A stretch of 64,000 nucleotides of DNA from a virus (IMGVR_UViG_3300033463_000040:53319-117318), one strand, 5' to 3'. Positions 1-11,507 are shown, counted from the stretch's first letter. Notes: a model not told the origin generated them from the letters alone. Numbers and translations are program-made.

Positions 1-473
1 TATTTTCTTAGATACAAAATCTTTAGCATTTTCTATAACATTACCTAAAACGTTATGATCTATCATTTGTTTAACATTTAATGCAGCATCTGATAAATAA
101 AAACTTGGCATATTCTTTCTTTTAGATACTAATTTTACAACATGAGATAAAAACAAATCATATCTATTTAAAGGATCAAAAGTTCTTTCAAATTTAATCA
201 AAATTTTAATAAAATCTTTGGTATGAATATTACCTTTCAATATAATCCATTCATTAAGTAATTCATCTCTTTTAGTTGTGTTAATAAACATATCACAAAA
301 CTGTTCATTTGACAATACTGGTGTAGTCAAGCGTAATTGTTCATTAGCGGTTTCATGTATTTCATTATAAATTTCATAATTTACATAGTGATAAATAATA
401 TCTTGTTTTTTAGCCTTTTCTAAAACAGATTTTAATTTATCATTTAAATCACCAATAACTAAAACAGATTTCA
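1..473 (-). CDS. hypothetical protein, 5' part (ATG at 473, continues past the window start)
   Basis: Uninterrupted minus-strand reading frame from the ATG at 471-473 to position 1. It abuts the stop of the next gene. Confidence 0.45.
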
Positions 474-1499
474 TTATTCTACCTCTAAAATACAATTTAT
501 ATTAAATTTTGTTTCTTGTATATGCTCATACCAAGCTAAATAACCCATAGGATTACATATAACTTGAATATGACCTAATTTGTTAAAAAATCTATTGTGT
601 ACATGACCACAGTGATAATATTTAATATTCTTAAATTGTTTAAGCCAATTATCATGATTAGACATAAAGGCTGCATTTAATGGATCATCTTTATATTTTT
701 GACTTTCACATTTAGATGTAAAAGGATGATGTGTCATAAGAATAATTGTTGCATTAGGATTCTTGGCAATAATTTCTTTATAACATCTTTTAATTGCTTT
801 TAATGATTCTTTATGCATTTCATGTGTATAACTAGGATACATAGGTGTTATTTTACCATCTTCATCACGCCAATAACCATACCTATAATCATTCATACAA
901 TTTAATGCATTTTTCATTCTACGACCACGATATGAATCTTTATTGCCCATATCTAATTCATCATATTCTTTTGCAGGATCATCAGGTAAACTTGGACCAC
1001 AAAAATGTACTTCTTGTATACCTTTATCAAATTCAGTACCCTTACCAAACACTTTACCTGTGTCTATAAACTTATTTTTTTCCTGATAAGCTTTTTCTGT
1101 ATTTATTTCTTTAATATATTGAGCTTTAGTTTGATGTCCATATAAAAAATCAGTCCAACCAATACATCCAATAACTGCTATATCATCATTAAGCCAAATA
1201 TAGTCATTTTCAAGAAATTTCCATTTACCATTAAATTCTTTTTTATAATCTTCAAGTAATTCTAAAAAAGGTTTAGCATTAGAATGATAAGTAATATGAT
1301 TACCACCAATGAAAATAACTTTTTCATCTTTAAAATATGTATCCAAAAAATTTTTAGCTTCTTCAATATCTGCATCCATATCACCAGCTATTAATGTAAC
1401 ATCTGCAGGTGTTTTAGACTTCATAATTTCTACAAAATCTGTAGCTTCATAAGTCATATTTAAAGCAGCATGAAGATCAGATATAAATCGTATTTTCAT
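474..1499 (-). CDS. calcineurin-like metallophosphoesterase
   Basis: Motifs SDLHA, GDMDAD, GGNHI, THHP, GHVHN in the conserved phosphoesterase order. Confidence 0.6.
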   Translation of the reverse strand: MKIRFISDLHAALNMTYEATDFVEIMKSKTPADVTLIAGDMDADIEEAKNFLDTYFKDEKVIFIGGNHITYHSNAKPFLELLEDYKKEFNGKWKFLENDYIWLNDDIAVIGCIGWTDFLYGHQTKAQYIKEINTEKAYQEKNKFIDTGKVFGKGTEFDKGIQEVHFCGPSLPDDPAKEYDELDMGNKDSYRGRRMKNALNCMNDYRYGYWRDEDGKITPMYPSYTHEMHKESLKAIKRCYKEIIAKNPNATIILMTHHPFTSKCESQKYKDDPLNAAFMSNHDNWLKQFKNIKYYHCGHVHNRFFNKLGHIQVICNPMGYLAWYEHIQETKFNINCILEVE

Positions 1500-1720
1500 T
1501 CTAAGCCTTGTGTTTGTACTAATTTATATAAACAAACTGCTATACAGCAAGAATATATAAATGCCATAAATGTAATACCTGTAACAGTAAGTAAAATACA
1601 GAATAATACTGTCATAATACCCCAAAATTGCCAATCTTTCATAAATACCTCCATATATCTATATTAATTATACAATATAGAATTATAAAAATAAAGCATT
1701 AAATTTAAAAAATTTCCATT

Positions 1721-1745
1721 AAAAAAGCACTCTAAAAAGAGTGCT
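1721..1745 (-). terminator. rho-independent terminator (8-bp stem agcactct/agagtgct, then a T-run on the minus strand)
   Basis: Hairpin plus T-tract read directly in the sequence, downstream of CDS 1770-2048. Confidence 0.6.
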
Positions 1746-1769
1746 TTGATTTATCCAAAAATAGATGAA

Positions 1770-2048
1770 TTATTCTTCATCTTTCTTTTCTTCGTCTTCT
1801 TTTTTAGGCATTTCTTCTTCGCGTGTTTCTTCTTCTTTTGGTGCATCTACTTCTTCATAATCTTCAATACTTACACCATCACGAATAATCACACAATCGG
1901 TCATTTCATCACCTTTTTTAAAGGTTTTACCTTCATCTGCAGTATAAAAAGTGATTTCTTCTTGAACTTCTACTTCAGCAGGAACTGTATCTGTCCAAAT
2001 ACCAAAAATACCATTTAAAGTACCTTTATATGATTTACGTTCTTTCAT
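1770..2048 (-). CDS. hypothetical protein with acidic Glu/Lys-rich C-terminus
   Basis: ORF with a highly charged C-terminal tail. Confidence 0.5.
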   Translation of the reverse strand: MKERKSYKGTLNGIFGIWTDTVPAEVEVQEEITFYTADEGKTFKKGDEMTDCVIIRDGVSIEDYEEVDAPKEEETREEEMPKKEDEEKKDEE

Positions 2049-2125
2049 TTGTTTTTACTCCTTGTATATATACTTTATTAAGAACTGTTATTTTTTATAA
2101 TTTAGTAATTTATTTTTCCAATTTA

Positions 2126-3544
2126 TTAAGCTATCGAATCAATTGTTGTAATAGCCGTTGTACATGTAGAATCACTATATATCGTGGCACCAACAATAGG
2201 ATCTGCTGTACTAGAGGTATAATACGGTGTCCAATCTATCGTTGTTCCAACATCTTGAACTCGCCAAGCCAATGCTGTTGCTGTATCATATTTTGGATTT
2301 CTTTCATAATTTGTTTCATTTACACCCGTTAATATTAAAACTGATGGTAAATCAAATAAAACAGTTGTATTAGTACCACCAAAACCATCTGTTACGCTAG
2401 CCCAAGAACCAAAATCCGCTTGTTTATTTAATGGGAAATGTACAGTACAATTAGTTACTCCTGATAATAACTTATTAAAACGGCCACTATCACCAATGGT
2501 TAAAGCAGGAAATGCTAACTGTGTAAGACTTGTATTTGTAAAGCCATTTTCCAAAGAATAGCTACCGCCCACTTTTTTTAAACTAGAAAAATCTACTTGG
2601 CTCAAAGAAGTACAACCATAACATACTCTATCTAATGCATCTGTACCATCTATAGATACTAATTTTGATAAATCAAGGCTTGTTAAATTTGTACAATTTT
2701 CAAAACATCCTACATTTGCACTATTATATCCACCCATTACTCTATTACCAGAAACTACAGTTAAATTAGACAAATCAACCGATTGAATAGGTGTAGCAGC
2801 AAAACCACACTGTAAACTATCTTCCCCATAAAGCTCCCGTAAAGAATGCATATCTACTGTAGTTAATGCATCACAACCAAAAAATGCTCTATATAAACCC
2901 TGTTTACCTGATATTTTTGTTAAGTTAGGAAAAGATATCGTAGAAAGTTTTTTACAATTAGTAAAGCATTGATACATTCCACAACTAGAAATAACATTTG
3001 TTAAAGATGAAAAATCCACCTCTGTTAAATTTATACAATTATAAAAGCACTGATCTAAAGCATTATTTCCTGTTATTTCTGTTAGATTTGGCCATTTTAC
3101 TTTAGTAATACTACTATTATTAAAACCATTATGTAATGAATCAGAATATGTAAGAGAAGTTAAACTCGGCCAATTTATTTCAGTTATACTATTATTATCT
3201 TTATACGTAGTCTCTAAAATTTTTGTATAAATATCTTTTACACCATTCATATTTACTATTTGACTATTATTTCTTCGTAATACTCCAGAAATATCTACTT
3301 GTAGTTCAAAATAATATTCGGGAGCAACTTCAGCTGTACCAGTAATTCCTAATATATTAACACCTTCTTTAATATTTTCGGGTTGTATATTTGAATCAAT
3401 ATTAGCAGTTACTGCATTTACTTTTACCGGACCATAACCATCAATGCCGGTTTCTACATTTATTGTTTGTATAGAAGTAGTAGGAGTTACTGTTAATTCT
3501 TCTATTTTAGGTGTTAATTTAATCATACTTGGACTTATGCTCAT
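2126..3544 (-). CDS. BspA-type leucine-rich-repeat tail fibre / receptor-binding protein
   Basis: Repeated ~22-aa units (F..C..L..I.FP.L..I....F); N-terminus MSISPSMIKLTPKIEEL shared with 3570-5135; C-terminal TTVLFDL motif shared with paralogues. Confidence 0.6.
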   Translation of the reverse strand: MSISPSMIKLTPKIEELTVTPTTSIQTINVETGIDGYGPVKVNAVTANIDSNIQPENIKEGVNILGITGTAEVAPEYYFELQVDISGVLRRNNSQIVNMNGVKDIYTKILETTYKDNNSITEINWPSLTSLTYSDSLHNGFNNSSITKVKWPNLTEITGNNALDQCFYNCINLTEVDFSSLTNVISSCGMYQCFTNCKKLSTISFPNLTKISGKQGLYRAFFGCDALTTVDMHSLRELYGEDSLQCGFAATPIQSVDLSNLTVVSGNRVMGGYNSANVGCFENCTNLTSLDLSKLVSIDGTDALDRVCYGCTSLSQVDFSSLKKVGGSYSLENGFTNTSLTQLAFPALTIGDSGRFNKLLSGVTNCTVHFPLNKQADFGSWASVTDGFGGTNTTVLFDLPSVLILTGVNETNYERNPKYDTATALAWRVQDVGTTIDWTPYYTSSTADPIVGATIYSDSTCTTAITTIDSIA

Positions 3545-3569
3545 TCTTTACTCCTCTAAAAGTTTTTAA

Positions 3570-5135
3570 TTATAAATCAAATAAAACTGTAGTACCACTT
3601 CCATAAAAACCACTTACTACATCTGACCAATATCCTATAGTACTTTGTAAAGCTGCTGGGAAATGAACTGTTACATTGGAACATCCGTTTAACATTTGAT
3701 TAAATGTATCAGAATATCCTACAGAAGTTAAAGCTGGAAATGACAATGTTCTTAGGCTAGAACATGCTTGACACATTATACAACATGCTCTAGATCCTTG
3801 AATGGATTGTAATTTTGGAAATTCTAAGCTAGGTAAACTCGTGCATCTATAAAATGCATTTTCCATTGCATAACTTCCACTAATCGTAGTTACATTACTT
3901 AAATCTACAGAAGTTAAGCCAGTACAACTATTTAAAAGACCAAATCTAGCATTTATAGCTGTTACTCCGCTTAAATTTAATGAAGCTAAATTCGTACAAC
4001 TTGCAAAACCATATGAAAATTTATTATCTATATTAGTTAAACCAGATAAATCTACAGAAGTAATACCAGTACACCCATAAAACATTGAGCTTCCTACATA
4101 ATTACCTGTTACATTAGTTAAATTGCTCAAATCTAATGGTCCAGTTAAGCCAGTACATTGATAAAACATACTACTTGCTGCAGAATTACCAGAAATTGTA
4201 GTTAATCCACTTAAATCAAGAGAAGTTAAATTAGTACAACCAGAAAACATACTAGAACCAGCAGATTGCCCAGATAGGGTAGTTAAACTGCTTAGATCCG
4301 CAGTTGTAAGTGCTGTACAATTCTGAAACATTCCATATGCTGCATTATCACCAGATAAAGTAGTTAAAGAATCTAAATTGATACTTGTTAAGCGTTTACA
4401 ACAATTAAACATCTTTTTACAAGCATTGTTTCCAGAAATCTCAGTTAAATTGCGTAAATCTATACCAGTAATATAACTCTCTGCTTCATATCCACCTTCC
4501 CATTCATCTCCTATTTGTGCAGAAAACATATTCTCACAAGCAGATTGTCCAGAAATTAAAGTTAAGCCACTTAAATCAATATTTCCAGAAATACTTGAAT
4601 TTGCAGTATATGCATTATAAAGTACAAAATTACCTATGTTTGTAATTCCTGTCAAATCAATAAAAGTAGTAGGAAGTTGAAGTGTAGTATTAGTTTTTGT
4701 ATATTGTATACTTAAACTAGTTGATCCACCTCCTTCATGCGTACCTGTAACACCTAATATAGTTACATCTTTTTTAATGTTTCCAGGTATAATATTACTA
4801 TCTATACTACTTGTAACTGCATTAACTGTAACCTCAGTAATACCATTTTTACCACTAGTTGGAGTTATAGTTTGTTGACTTGTAGTAGGAGTAACTGTTC
4901 TTGTTTCACCTTTTAATTCTACAGCTGATCCGTTAACCCCAAGTATACTAATTCCTTCTTTAATGTTTTCTGATTGTATGTTATTATCTATTTCAGAAGT
5001 AACTGCAGAAACTTTAACTGGACCATAACCATCAATACCTGTTTCTACTCCGATGGTTTGCATAGAAGTAGTAGGAATAATATTTAATTCTTCGATTTTT
5101 GGAGTTAATTTAATCATAGAAGGGCTTATACTCAT
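3570..5135 (-). CDS. BspA-type LRR tail fibre / receptor-binding protein
   Basis: Same N-terminal domain as 2126-3544; many CT.LT(S/T) LRR units; ends GSGTTVLFDL. Confidence 0.6.
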   Translation of the reverse strand: MSISPSMIKLTPKIEELNIIPTTSMQTIGVETGIDGYGPVKVSAVTSEIDNNIQSENIKEGISILGVNGSAVELKGETRTVTPTTSQQTITPTSGKNGITEVTVNAVTSSIDSNIIPGNIKKDVTILGVTGTHEGGGSTSLSIQYTKTNTTLQLPTTFIDLTGITNIGNFVLYNAYTANSSISGNIDLSGLTLISGQSACENMFSAQIGDEWEGGYEAESYITGIDLRNLTEISGNNACKKMFNCCKRLTSINLDSLTTLSGDNAAYGMFQNCTALTTADLSSLTTLSGQSAGSSMFSGCTNLTSLDLSGLTTISGNSAASSMFYQCTGLTGPLDLSNLTNVTGNYVGSSMFYGCTGITSVDLSGLTNIDNKFSYGFASCTNLASLNLSGVTAINARFGLLNSCTGLTSVDLSNVTTISGSYAMENAFYRCTSLPSLEFPKLQSIQGSRACCIMCQACSSLRTLSFPALTSVGYSDTFNQMLNGCSNVTVHFPAALQSTIGYWSDVVSGFYGSGTTVLFDL

Positions 5136-5164
5136 TTAGTTTTCCTTTATTCTATCATATAAAT

Positions 5165-6979
5165 TTATGCAATAGAATCTATTGTTCCAATTACTGTTGT
5201 GCAAGCAGAATCACTATATACATTGTCTCCAACCGATGGTTGAGTTGTTCCACTAGTGAATGCCCACGTTGGACTAGATTGTAAATACCAACCCATATTT
5301 GAACCTGTATCATGTGTAGCAGCTCTAAATAATGTAACAGCTGTGCTTTGACCTGTTGGCATGTATTTGATTACTGGAACTGCTGGTAAATCGAATAGTA
5401 CTACAGTATTTGTTCCACTAAATGTCCAACCACTTATTTGTGTTTCAAGGTTACTTGGGAAGTGGATTGTGCAACCTGTTACAGAACTTACCAAATAAGT
5501 AAACGGATTTGAAGCTGGTAATCCTTCTGGATGTAATGCTGGAAATGAAATAGTTGTTAAATTTGGTGAACTAGAAAAACAGAATGAAAAGCATGAACTT
5601 CCTGATGCAATACATAAATTTGTAAACTCAATACTTGTTGCACCACATCTGCTAAATGCACTTGAAAAAGCATAAGACCCAGTTACAGCTAATAATTTTC
5701 CAATACCATAATTTGTTAAGCCAGTGCAATTCTGGAATGTATAATAAAACATGTTATTCTGTGTAACAATCTCTAAATTACTCAATCCCGTGTCTGTCAA
5801 GCTTGTGCAACCATCAAATGTATATTCAAAAGGTCGCAAACTACTCTGGCTTGGATTGAAAGTAAATGTAACTTGTGAAAAATCTATACCAGTAGAAGTC
5901 AAACTCGTACAACCTTGGAAAGTATAATAAAGAGCTTCCAGATAATGAAATTTTTTACAATTTCCCAATTCGGTAGAAGTCAAGCTTGTGCAATCCTTAA
6001 ATGCATAATCTAATCCATGTATAGCCGTTTGTTCTACCAAATTTCCAAGACCTGTTCTTGTTAAAGATGTGCAACCTTCAAAAGCATGAGCTAATCCATA
6101 AGTACCATTATAAGATGTTCCTCCGCTTAGTTTCTTTAAATTATCTAGCCCAGTGCTTGTTAAAGATGTGCAATCTCTAAACGCACTTACAAGCATAGAT
6201 GCATCAGAATTATTACTTGTTCCAAGATATATTTCTGTATCGGGAGCAAAATCTATACCTGTAGAAGTCAAGCTTGTACATCCCATGAACGTAGAGCTTA
6301 GTCTTTTTAAGAATGAATAAGTAGAAACACTACGATTTAATCCGGTGCTTGTTAAAGATGTGCAACTTTTGAACATACTTGAAAAACTAGAAGGTAAGTT
6401 GATAATTCCAGCCCAGTTTATACCCGTAGAAGTTAAACTTGTGCAACCTTCAAACCAACTACTTGGGTATATAGAAGAATAACTACTACCCGGTATAAGT
6501 ACAAAATCTGTTAAATTTCCCAATTCTGTATCAGTCAAACTTGTGCACCCCTTAAATAAATTACTTAGAAGAGAAGAACTACCAGTTACTGTAGTTAAGC
6601 TTCCAAGACCTGTTCTTGTTAAAGATGTGCAATCTTGAAAACCATTAGATAATAAAGAAGAACCAATAGTTATAGTTTCTACATTATCTAACCCAGTAGA
6701 TGTTAAATTTGTGCACCCAGTAAATGCACAATATAATATTGAGTCATTTGTTACATTTATATCTGTCAAATTTTGTGCGTTTACAAATGCTGTTCCAGAA
6801 AAATCTGTGTCATTGTAATGAATTCGATAGCCAAAATATGGAACATCAATATTAGTAGCTCCACCAATATCAATTCCGGTAGAACCAAGTTTAAGTGCAC
6901 CAGTCTGAGAGTCTCTACTATATGGAATGTTTGGTCCTGTAGAACTGCTTCCACCACTAACTGTCTGATTTATAATCAC
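5165..6979 (-). CDS. BspA-type LRR tail fibre / receptor-binding protein
   Basis: More than 15 GCTSLTSTG(L/I) repeats; N-terminus MIINQTVSGGSS shared with 6991-7632. Confidence 0.6.
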   Translation of the reverse strand: MIINQTVSGGSSSTGPNIPYSRDSQTGALKLGSTGIDIGGATNIDVPYFGYRIHYNDTDFSGTAFVNAQNLTDINVTNDSILYCAFTGCTNLTSTGLDNVETITIGSSLLSNGFQDCTSLTRTGLGSLTTVTGSSSLLSNLFKGCTSLTDTELGNLTDFVLIPGSSYSSIYPSSWFEGCTSLTSTGINWAGIINLPSSFSSMFKSCTSLTSTGLNRSVSTYSFLKRLSSTFMGCTSLTSTGIDFAPDTEIYLGTSNNSDASMLVSAFRDCTSLTSTGLDNLKKLSGGTSYNGTYGLAHAFEGCTSLTRTGLGNLVEQTAIHGLDYAFKDCTSLTSTELGNCKKFHYLEALYYTFQGCTSLTSTGIDFSQVTFTFNPSQSSLRPFEYTFDGCTSLTDTGLSNLEIVTQNNMFYYTFQNCTGLTNYGIGKLLAVTGSYAFSSAFSRCGATSIEFTNLCIASGSSCFSFCFSSSPNLTTISFPALHPEGLPASNPFTYLVSSVTGCTIHFPSNLETQISGWTFSGTNTVVLFDLPAVPVIKYMPTGQSTAVTLFRAATHDTGSNMGWYLQSSPTWAFTSGTTQPSVGDNVYSDSACTTVIGTIDSIA

Positions 6980-6990
6980 AGTGTTACTCC

Positions 6991-7632
6991 TTAAATTGCG
7001 TTTGGTATTTCTAGAATTGGTGCAGCAATAGCATTATCTGTTTTATTAGTTCCACGCATATAACCAGCATTCCACCACCAAGCATAGCTGCTCATATCAC
7101 CTTCTGGATACTGTGAAGACGACCAAAATTTTCTATCAACAGAAGATGTTGATATTGTAACAGAAGCATATGAACTACTAGTTGGGTCTAAGTTATTCAA
7201 ACGTGTTCCATCTATTGCACACAAAATTCCCCATTGTTTAATAGTTGGTAACTGTCCATAATAAGTTACCCCACCAATAACAAACGATTTGCTACGACAA
7301 TGATTTACAGCAGTTGATGTTCCAGCAGAAACAATTAAATCACAAGCATTTGTTGCTGTACCAAAATCATAATACATAGAACCTTCATTATTACTAGTAG
7401 TAAAACCAGTTAAACCCGGGATAAATGTTTTGCTACTAAAAAATTTTTTATCAGTTGCACGATGCTGTGCATCTAATAAAACAAGTGCATATTCAATATT
7501 ATTCGCATCATAAAAGAAACCAGCAACAGTTCCAATCTCATTATTATTATCATCAACAACACGGTCTAATAACTGATATTTTTTGGTAGGGGCAGGGGAT
7601 GAACCCCCACTAACAGTTTGGTTTATAATCAT
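6991..7632 (-). CDS. tail fibre protein (shares N-terminal anchor MIINQTVSGGSS with 5165-6979)
   Basis: N-terminal 12 aa identical to the neighbouring LRR protein; different C-terminal domain. Confidence 0.5.
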   Translation of the reverse strand: MIINQTVSGGSSPAPTKKYQLLDRVVDDNNNEIGTVAGFFYDANNIEYALVLLDAQHRATDKKFFSSKTFIPGLTGFTTSNNEGSMYYDFGTATNACDLIVSAGTSTAVNHCRSKSFVIGGVTYYGQLPTIKQWGILCAIDGTRLNNLDPTSSSYASVTISTSSVDRKFWSSSQYPEGDMSSYAWWWNAGYMRGTNKTDNAIAAPILEIPNAI

Positions 7633-7642
7633 AGGGTTACTC

Positions 7643-8761
7643 CTATATTATCAATACATTTACAGTTATAGCACTACTTGGTGTCATTGTGCAAGTGAAT
7701 GTTAATGTTCCAGCACCTTGTGCAGTACAAAGTATGCCAGCACTAGTATAATCTGCTTGACTTGCAGGTGCAGCAGCAACAATCACGTTATTACTTGCAG
7801 TTACACCTGTTACATTTACTGTCTGTGTGTTAGAACTCCAATCATTTACTGCCAATGTCGCAGTAGCAGAAGTTGCACCACCACCACCTCCAGGTGTAGT
7901 CCAAGAACGAGTTGCAGTACCCGAACTAATCGTCAATGTGGGTACATATGTTCCATCTGCTGATGGTGTAGTAGTGAATCTGTCAGTTGGAATCGTGCCA
8001 TTTGCACTCATAATCTCATAGTTACCATAACCATTACCAACCTTAAACGTATCTTCGTCACTGTTTGTATAGCCTAAATTATTATATTTACTACCTAACT
8101 GAATTGCACCACTCGCCGTAATCTTTGCTTGATAACCTATGGCTATACCAGTCCTTGTTGTCTGTGCAGTTTTACCAATAGCAATAGCACCCCAAAAATT
8201 ATTAGCAGCAGATGCACCGTTACCTATTGCAATACCATTATCGTGGGCAACCGAACCTTTACCAACAGCAACTGCCCACTGTCCTGCTTTACTAGATACA
8301 CCAACACTAACACCTTCATATGAACCCTGACTTCCTAAAATACATAAAGCGTCTGTTCCAGTAGCAGTATTTTGTAAAGCATTTATTGTTGCCCAACTAG
8401 CATCCGTACCATCTGTTGTAAGGAATTTGCCACTTTGACCAGTCATATCAGGAAGAGAAGAGCCGGCTGGTTGTACATTTGTTTGTACCCAAGAATATAC
8501 AATTGGACTACCTGCACCTATACATTTATACCAATAACCGCTTGTATAACTTGATGTAGTAGTACCAATATATTGGACTAATCTACCTTCATTAGATGCA
8601 TTAGCTGTTGGCATAGTACTTACTTGTACTTCATAACTATCATCATCTGTAATAATATATAATTGCTCATCACTTTTTTGTGGTAAAGAGTCATATTGTT
8701 GTTTGGTCATTTTATTAATGACCAAATTATCTAATTGAACGTCTGTATAAGTTGCTGTCAT
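7643..8761 (-). CDS. tail fibre protein
   Basis: Motif PDMTGQSGKFLTTDGTDASW; Gly/Ala-rich IAIG repeat region; N-terminal domain homologous to 11869-13929 and 11508-11852. Confidence 0.6.
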   Translation of the reverse strand: MTATYTDVQLDNLVINKMTKQQYDSLPQKSDEQLYIITDDDSYEVQVSTMPTANASNEGRLVQYIGTTTSSYTSGYWYKCIGAGSPIVYSWVQTNVQPAGSSLPDMTGQSGKFLTTDGTDASWATINALQNTATGTDALCILGSQGSYEGVSVGVSSKAGQWAVAVGKGSVAHDNGIAIGNGASAANNFWGAIAIGKTAQTTRTGIAIGYQAKITASGAIQLGSKYNNLGYTNSDEDTFKVGNGYGNYEIMSANGTIPTDRFTTTPSADGTYVPTLTISSGTATRSWTTPGGGGGATSATATLAVNDWSSNTQTVNVTGVTASNNVIVAAAPASQADYTSAGILCTAQGAGTLTFTCTMTPSSAITVNVLII

Positions 8762-8823
8762 ATTCCTATTCCTTACTTTTCTTTATGTATTAGAACTTGT
8801 TTTTTCCTTATTTAAACGGTAGC

Positions 8824-10110
8824 TTAAAGATCAAATAAAACAGTTGTTGAAGTACCTCCAAAACCGTTTTTTACAGATGACCAATTACTTATCGTATATG
8901 CCAAAGAAGCAGGGAAATGTACTGTACATCCAGTCACATTTTTTAGCATATCATTAAAGATTGTATTTTCACTTAAAGTAGTTAAAGCTGGAAATGATAA
9001 TGATTGTAAATTCGTACAATCTTGACACATATTAGCCAACGCATTTGTTCCAGTTATACTACTAAGTGAAGGAAAAGTTAAAGTAGTTAAAGCTGTACAT
9101 TTATCAAAAGTATGACTAAATATATAAGTACCATTTAATGTTGCTAATAAAGGTAAATCTACAGTAGTCAAAGCTGTTGCATTTTTATAAAAACAATAAT
9201 AAAAGCCTTGATTTCCTGTTATACTTGTTAATTTAGGTAAACTAAACGTTGTCATATTAGGAAGATTTGGACAATACTGTGCAAATCCATATTGAAAACA
9301 ACCAATTCCTGATATTGTTGTTAAATTAGGTAAACTAAAAGTAGTACCTGTACGAAAATAACAATCAATAAATGAACCATAGTTTACATAATCTGCACTA
9401 TGTCCATACCCAAATAGATATTGACCACTAAGTGTAGTTAATTTATCTAAATTTGGAATTACACAAGCATGAGATCCGCCACAAATATCAAATAATGCAT
9501 AATTTCCTTCTATTACTTCTAATTCACTTAAATTTAAAACTTGTAAATTTGAGCAATTACTAAAAGTACTACTCATTGCAGAATTACCACGAATCGTTTT
9601 TAATTTAGGAAAAGATATTGATGTAAATGCAGGTATTTCAGCTGGAACTACAATTGTATTACCATAACCATCATCATAACTTTGTGCATTTCTACCTTGG
9701 AAAGCATAACCCATAGCAGAATCAGCATTAATTGTAACTAAATTACTAAAATCTACACTTTCTAAGTTTTCGCATGCATAAAAAGCCTCATATAAAGCGG
9801 CTTGCCCGGTTATTTGAGTCAAAGTACTAAAATTAGCACTTTTTACATATGGATTACCTTTTTTATAATAGTCATATTCGGTTACATATACATTTCCTAA
9901 TCCAAAGGCTTTTGATAATACATTTGCGCCTAAATCAGTAGCAGGTGCACAATTATAATTAATTTCAGCATCTGGGCTTTCTATTAATTTATCATTTTCA
10001 TCTAACTCATATCCAATCTTTACAGGAATATATGCTGGCATTCTAGTCATTTCATAAATTTGAATTGACGAAGGTGCTATTGCTGAAGTTCCTAACATTA
10101 CTTTTCCCAT
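8824..10110 (-). CDS. BspA-type LRR tail fibre / receptor-binding protein
   Basis: N-terminus MGKVMLGTSAIAP shared with 10127-11317; LRR units; ends GGTSTTVLFDL. Confidence 0.6.
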   Translation of the reverse strand: MGKVMLGTSAIAPSSIQIYEMTRMPAYIPVKIGYELDENDKLIESPDAEINYNCAPATDLGANVLSKAFGLGNVYVTEYDYYKKGNPYVKSANFSTLTQITGQAALYEAFYACENLESVDFSNLVTINADSAMGYAFQGRNAQSYDDGYGNTIVVPAEIPAFTSISFPKLKTIRGNSAMSSTFSNCSNLQVLNLSELEVIEGNYALFDICGGSHACVIPNLDKLTTLSGQYLFGYGHSADYVNYGSFIDCYFRTGTTFSLPNLTTISGIGCFQYGFAQYCPNLPNMTTFSLPKLTSITGNQGFYYCFYKNATALTTVDLPLLATLNGTYIFSHTFDKCTALTTLTFPSLSSITGTNALANMCQDCTNLQSLSFPALTTLSENTIFNDMLKNVTGCTVHFPASLAYTISNWSSVKNGFGGTSTTVLFDL

Positions 10111-10126
10111 AATTTATACTCCCTTA

Positions 10127-11317
10127 TTATGCGGTTACTGGTAAATCATATAATACGGTTGTACTTGTTCCACCAAATCCACTACTTACATCTGACCATG
10201 AGCTTAATACACTTTGTAAATTACTTGGAAAATGTACTGTTACACCTGTGCAATTATTTAACATCTTGTTAAATTGAGTTTTATATGTACCAAAGTCATT
10301 CTTTAATGATGGAAACGATATCTCAGTTAAACTTGTACAACCCGAAAAGAAATATGACATTGCATTATCACCTTTAACGGTTTCAAGTTTACCTAAGTCT
10401 ACATTAACTAAATTTACATTATTAGAAGCAAGAGATCCCATTGCACAGGTACCTTCTACATATTGAAGATTAGGTAATGCAAAAGTAGTAATATCTGAAC
10501 CACGATAACTATACGTATTATACATTGTATAGTCACCTGTTACTTTCTTTAATGCAGGATAAGTAACTCTAATTGCAGGACCTGTTTTACCTCCAGTTGC
10601 AGGTGAAGTTTGTCCGCTATATACGAATGCAGAACTAAATACACGGTCTCCATTTACTTCTTCTAAACTTGTAAATTCAATCGAAGGTATTTGTGAATAA
10701 CCAAATGTATATTTAAATACCCAATCACCGGTGATCTTTTTTAACTTAGGAAAGGTAACACTTGTTAAATTTTCACAACACCAAAATGTATATTCAAATA
10801 CATTATCTCCTTCAATTTCTTCTAATTCAGGAAAACTTAAAGATGTATATGCAGGATGAATACCAGGCTTTTCTTCCCAAGTTTCTTCATCCATATATTG
10901 CCAAGTACCACAAAAAGCCCTTGCAAATACCGAATCTGCTTTTATAGATTTTAAATTTGCAATAGAAATAGTAGCCAAATTTTCACAAGCTGCAAAAGCT
11001 GCATACATTGCTCTATCACCAGTAACTGTAAGTAAAGAATCCAAATCTACAGCTACTAAATTAGGATCACCATTAAAACTAACTTCCCCCATTTCATTTG
11101 AAGATTCTTTAGAAAATGCACGAGATAAAATATCTGTTCCAATATCTTTAGCTGGATAAGTACTATATTGATTGTGTAATAAATCATAACTAGTTAAAGT
11201 ATTATTATCAAAAGTATAACCCTTAGAGGTTGGAATATAGGAAGGCATACCTTCAACTTCTTGCACATAAGTTACTGCGGGTGCTATTGCTGAAGTTCCC
11301 ATCATAAGTTTTCCCAT
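10127..11317 (-). CDS. BspA-type LRR tail fibre / receptor-binding protein
   Basis: Paralogue of 8824-10110 (MGKLMMGTSAIAP ... GGTSTTVLYDL). Confidence 0.6.
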   Translation of the reverse strand: MGKLMMGTSAIAPAVTYVQEVEGMPSYIPTSKGYTFDNNTLTSYDLLHNQYSTYPAKDIGTDILSRAFSKESSNEMGEVSFNGDPNLVAVDLDSLLTVTGDRAMYAAFAACENLATISIANLKSIKADSVFARAFCGTWQYMDEETWEEKPGIHPAYTSLSFPELEEIEGDNVFEYTFWCCENLTSVTFPKLKKITGDWVFKYTFGYSQIPSIEFTSLEEVNGDRVFSSAFVYSGQTSPATGGKTGPAIRVTYPALKKVTGDYTMYNTYSYRGSDITTFALPNLQYVEGTCAMGSLASNNVNLVNVDLGKLETVKGDNAMSYFFSGCTSLTEISFPSLKNDFGTYKTQFNKMLNNCTGVTVHFPSNLQSVLSSWSDVSSGFGGTSTTVLYDLPVTA

Positions 11318-11507
11318 ATCTATTACTCCTATATCTTTATTTTAAAATTTTTATTATTTCAAACTGAGCCTATTACTACTCAATTTTGTACTATACGAGA
11401 TGCTACACCAGCAGGTATAGTGAGTACTTTAATAATAGTTGCTAGAGAAACTCTTTTTGTACCATGTGCTAAATAGCTAAGCATATTTTATTTCCTAAAT
11501 ATATATG

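Noticed and set aside
845-8330. Plus-strand ORFs of 60-100 aa (845-1069, 1470-1667, 1746-2018, 2030-2332, 6773-6994, 7718-7963, 7827-8021, 8129-8323, 8139-8330) overlapping minus-strand genes
   Set aside because: Low-complexity, Cys/Phe/Ile-rich translations lying antisense to long well-supported genes. Typical AT-rich antisense artefacts.
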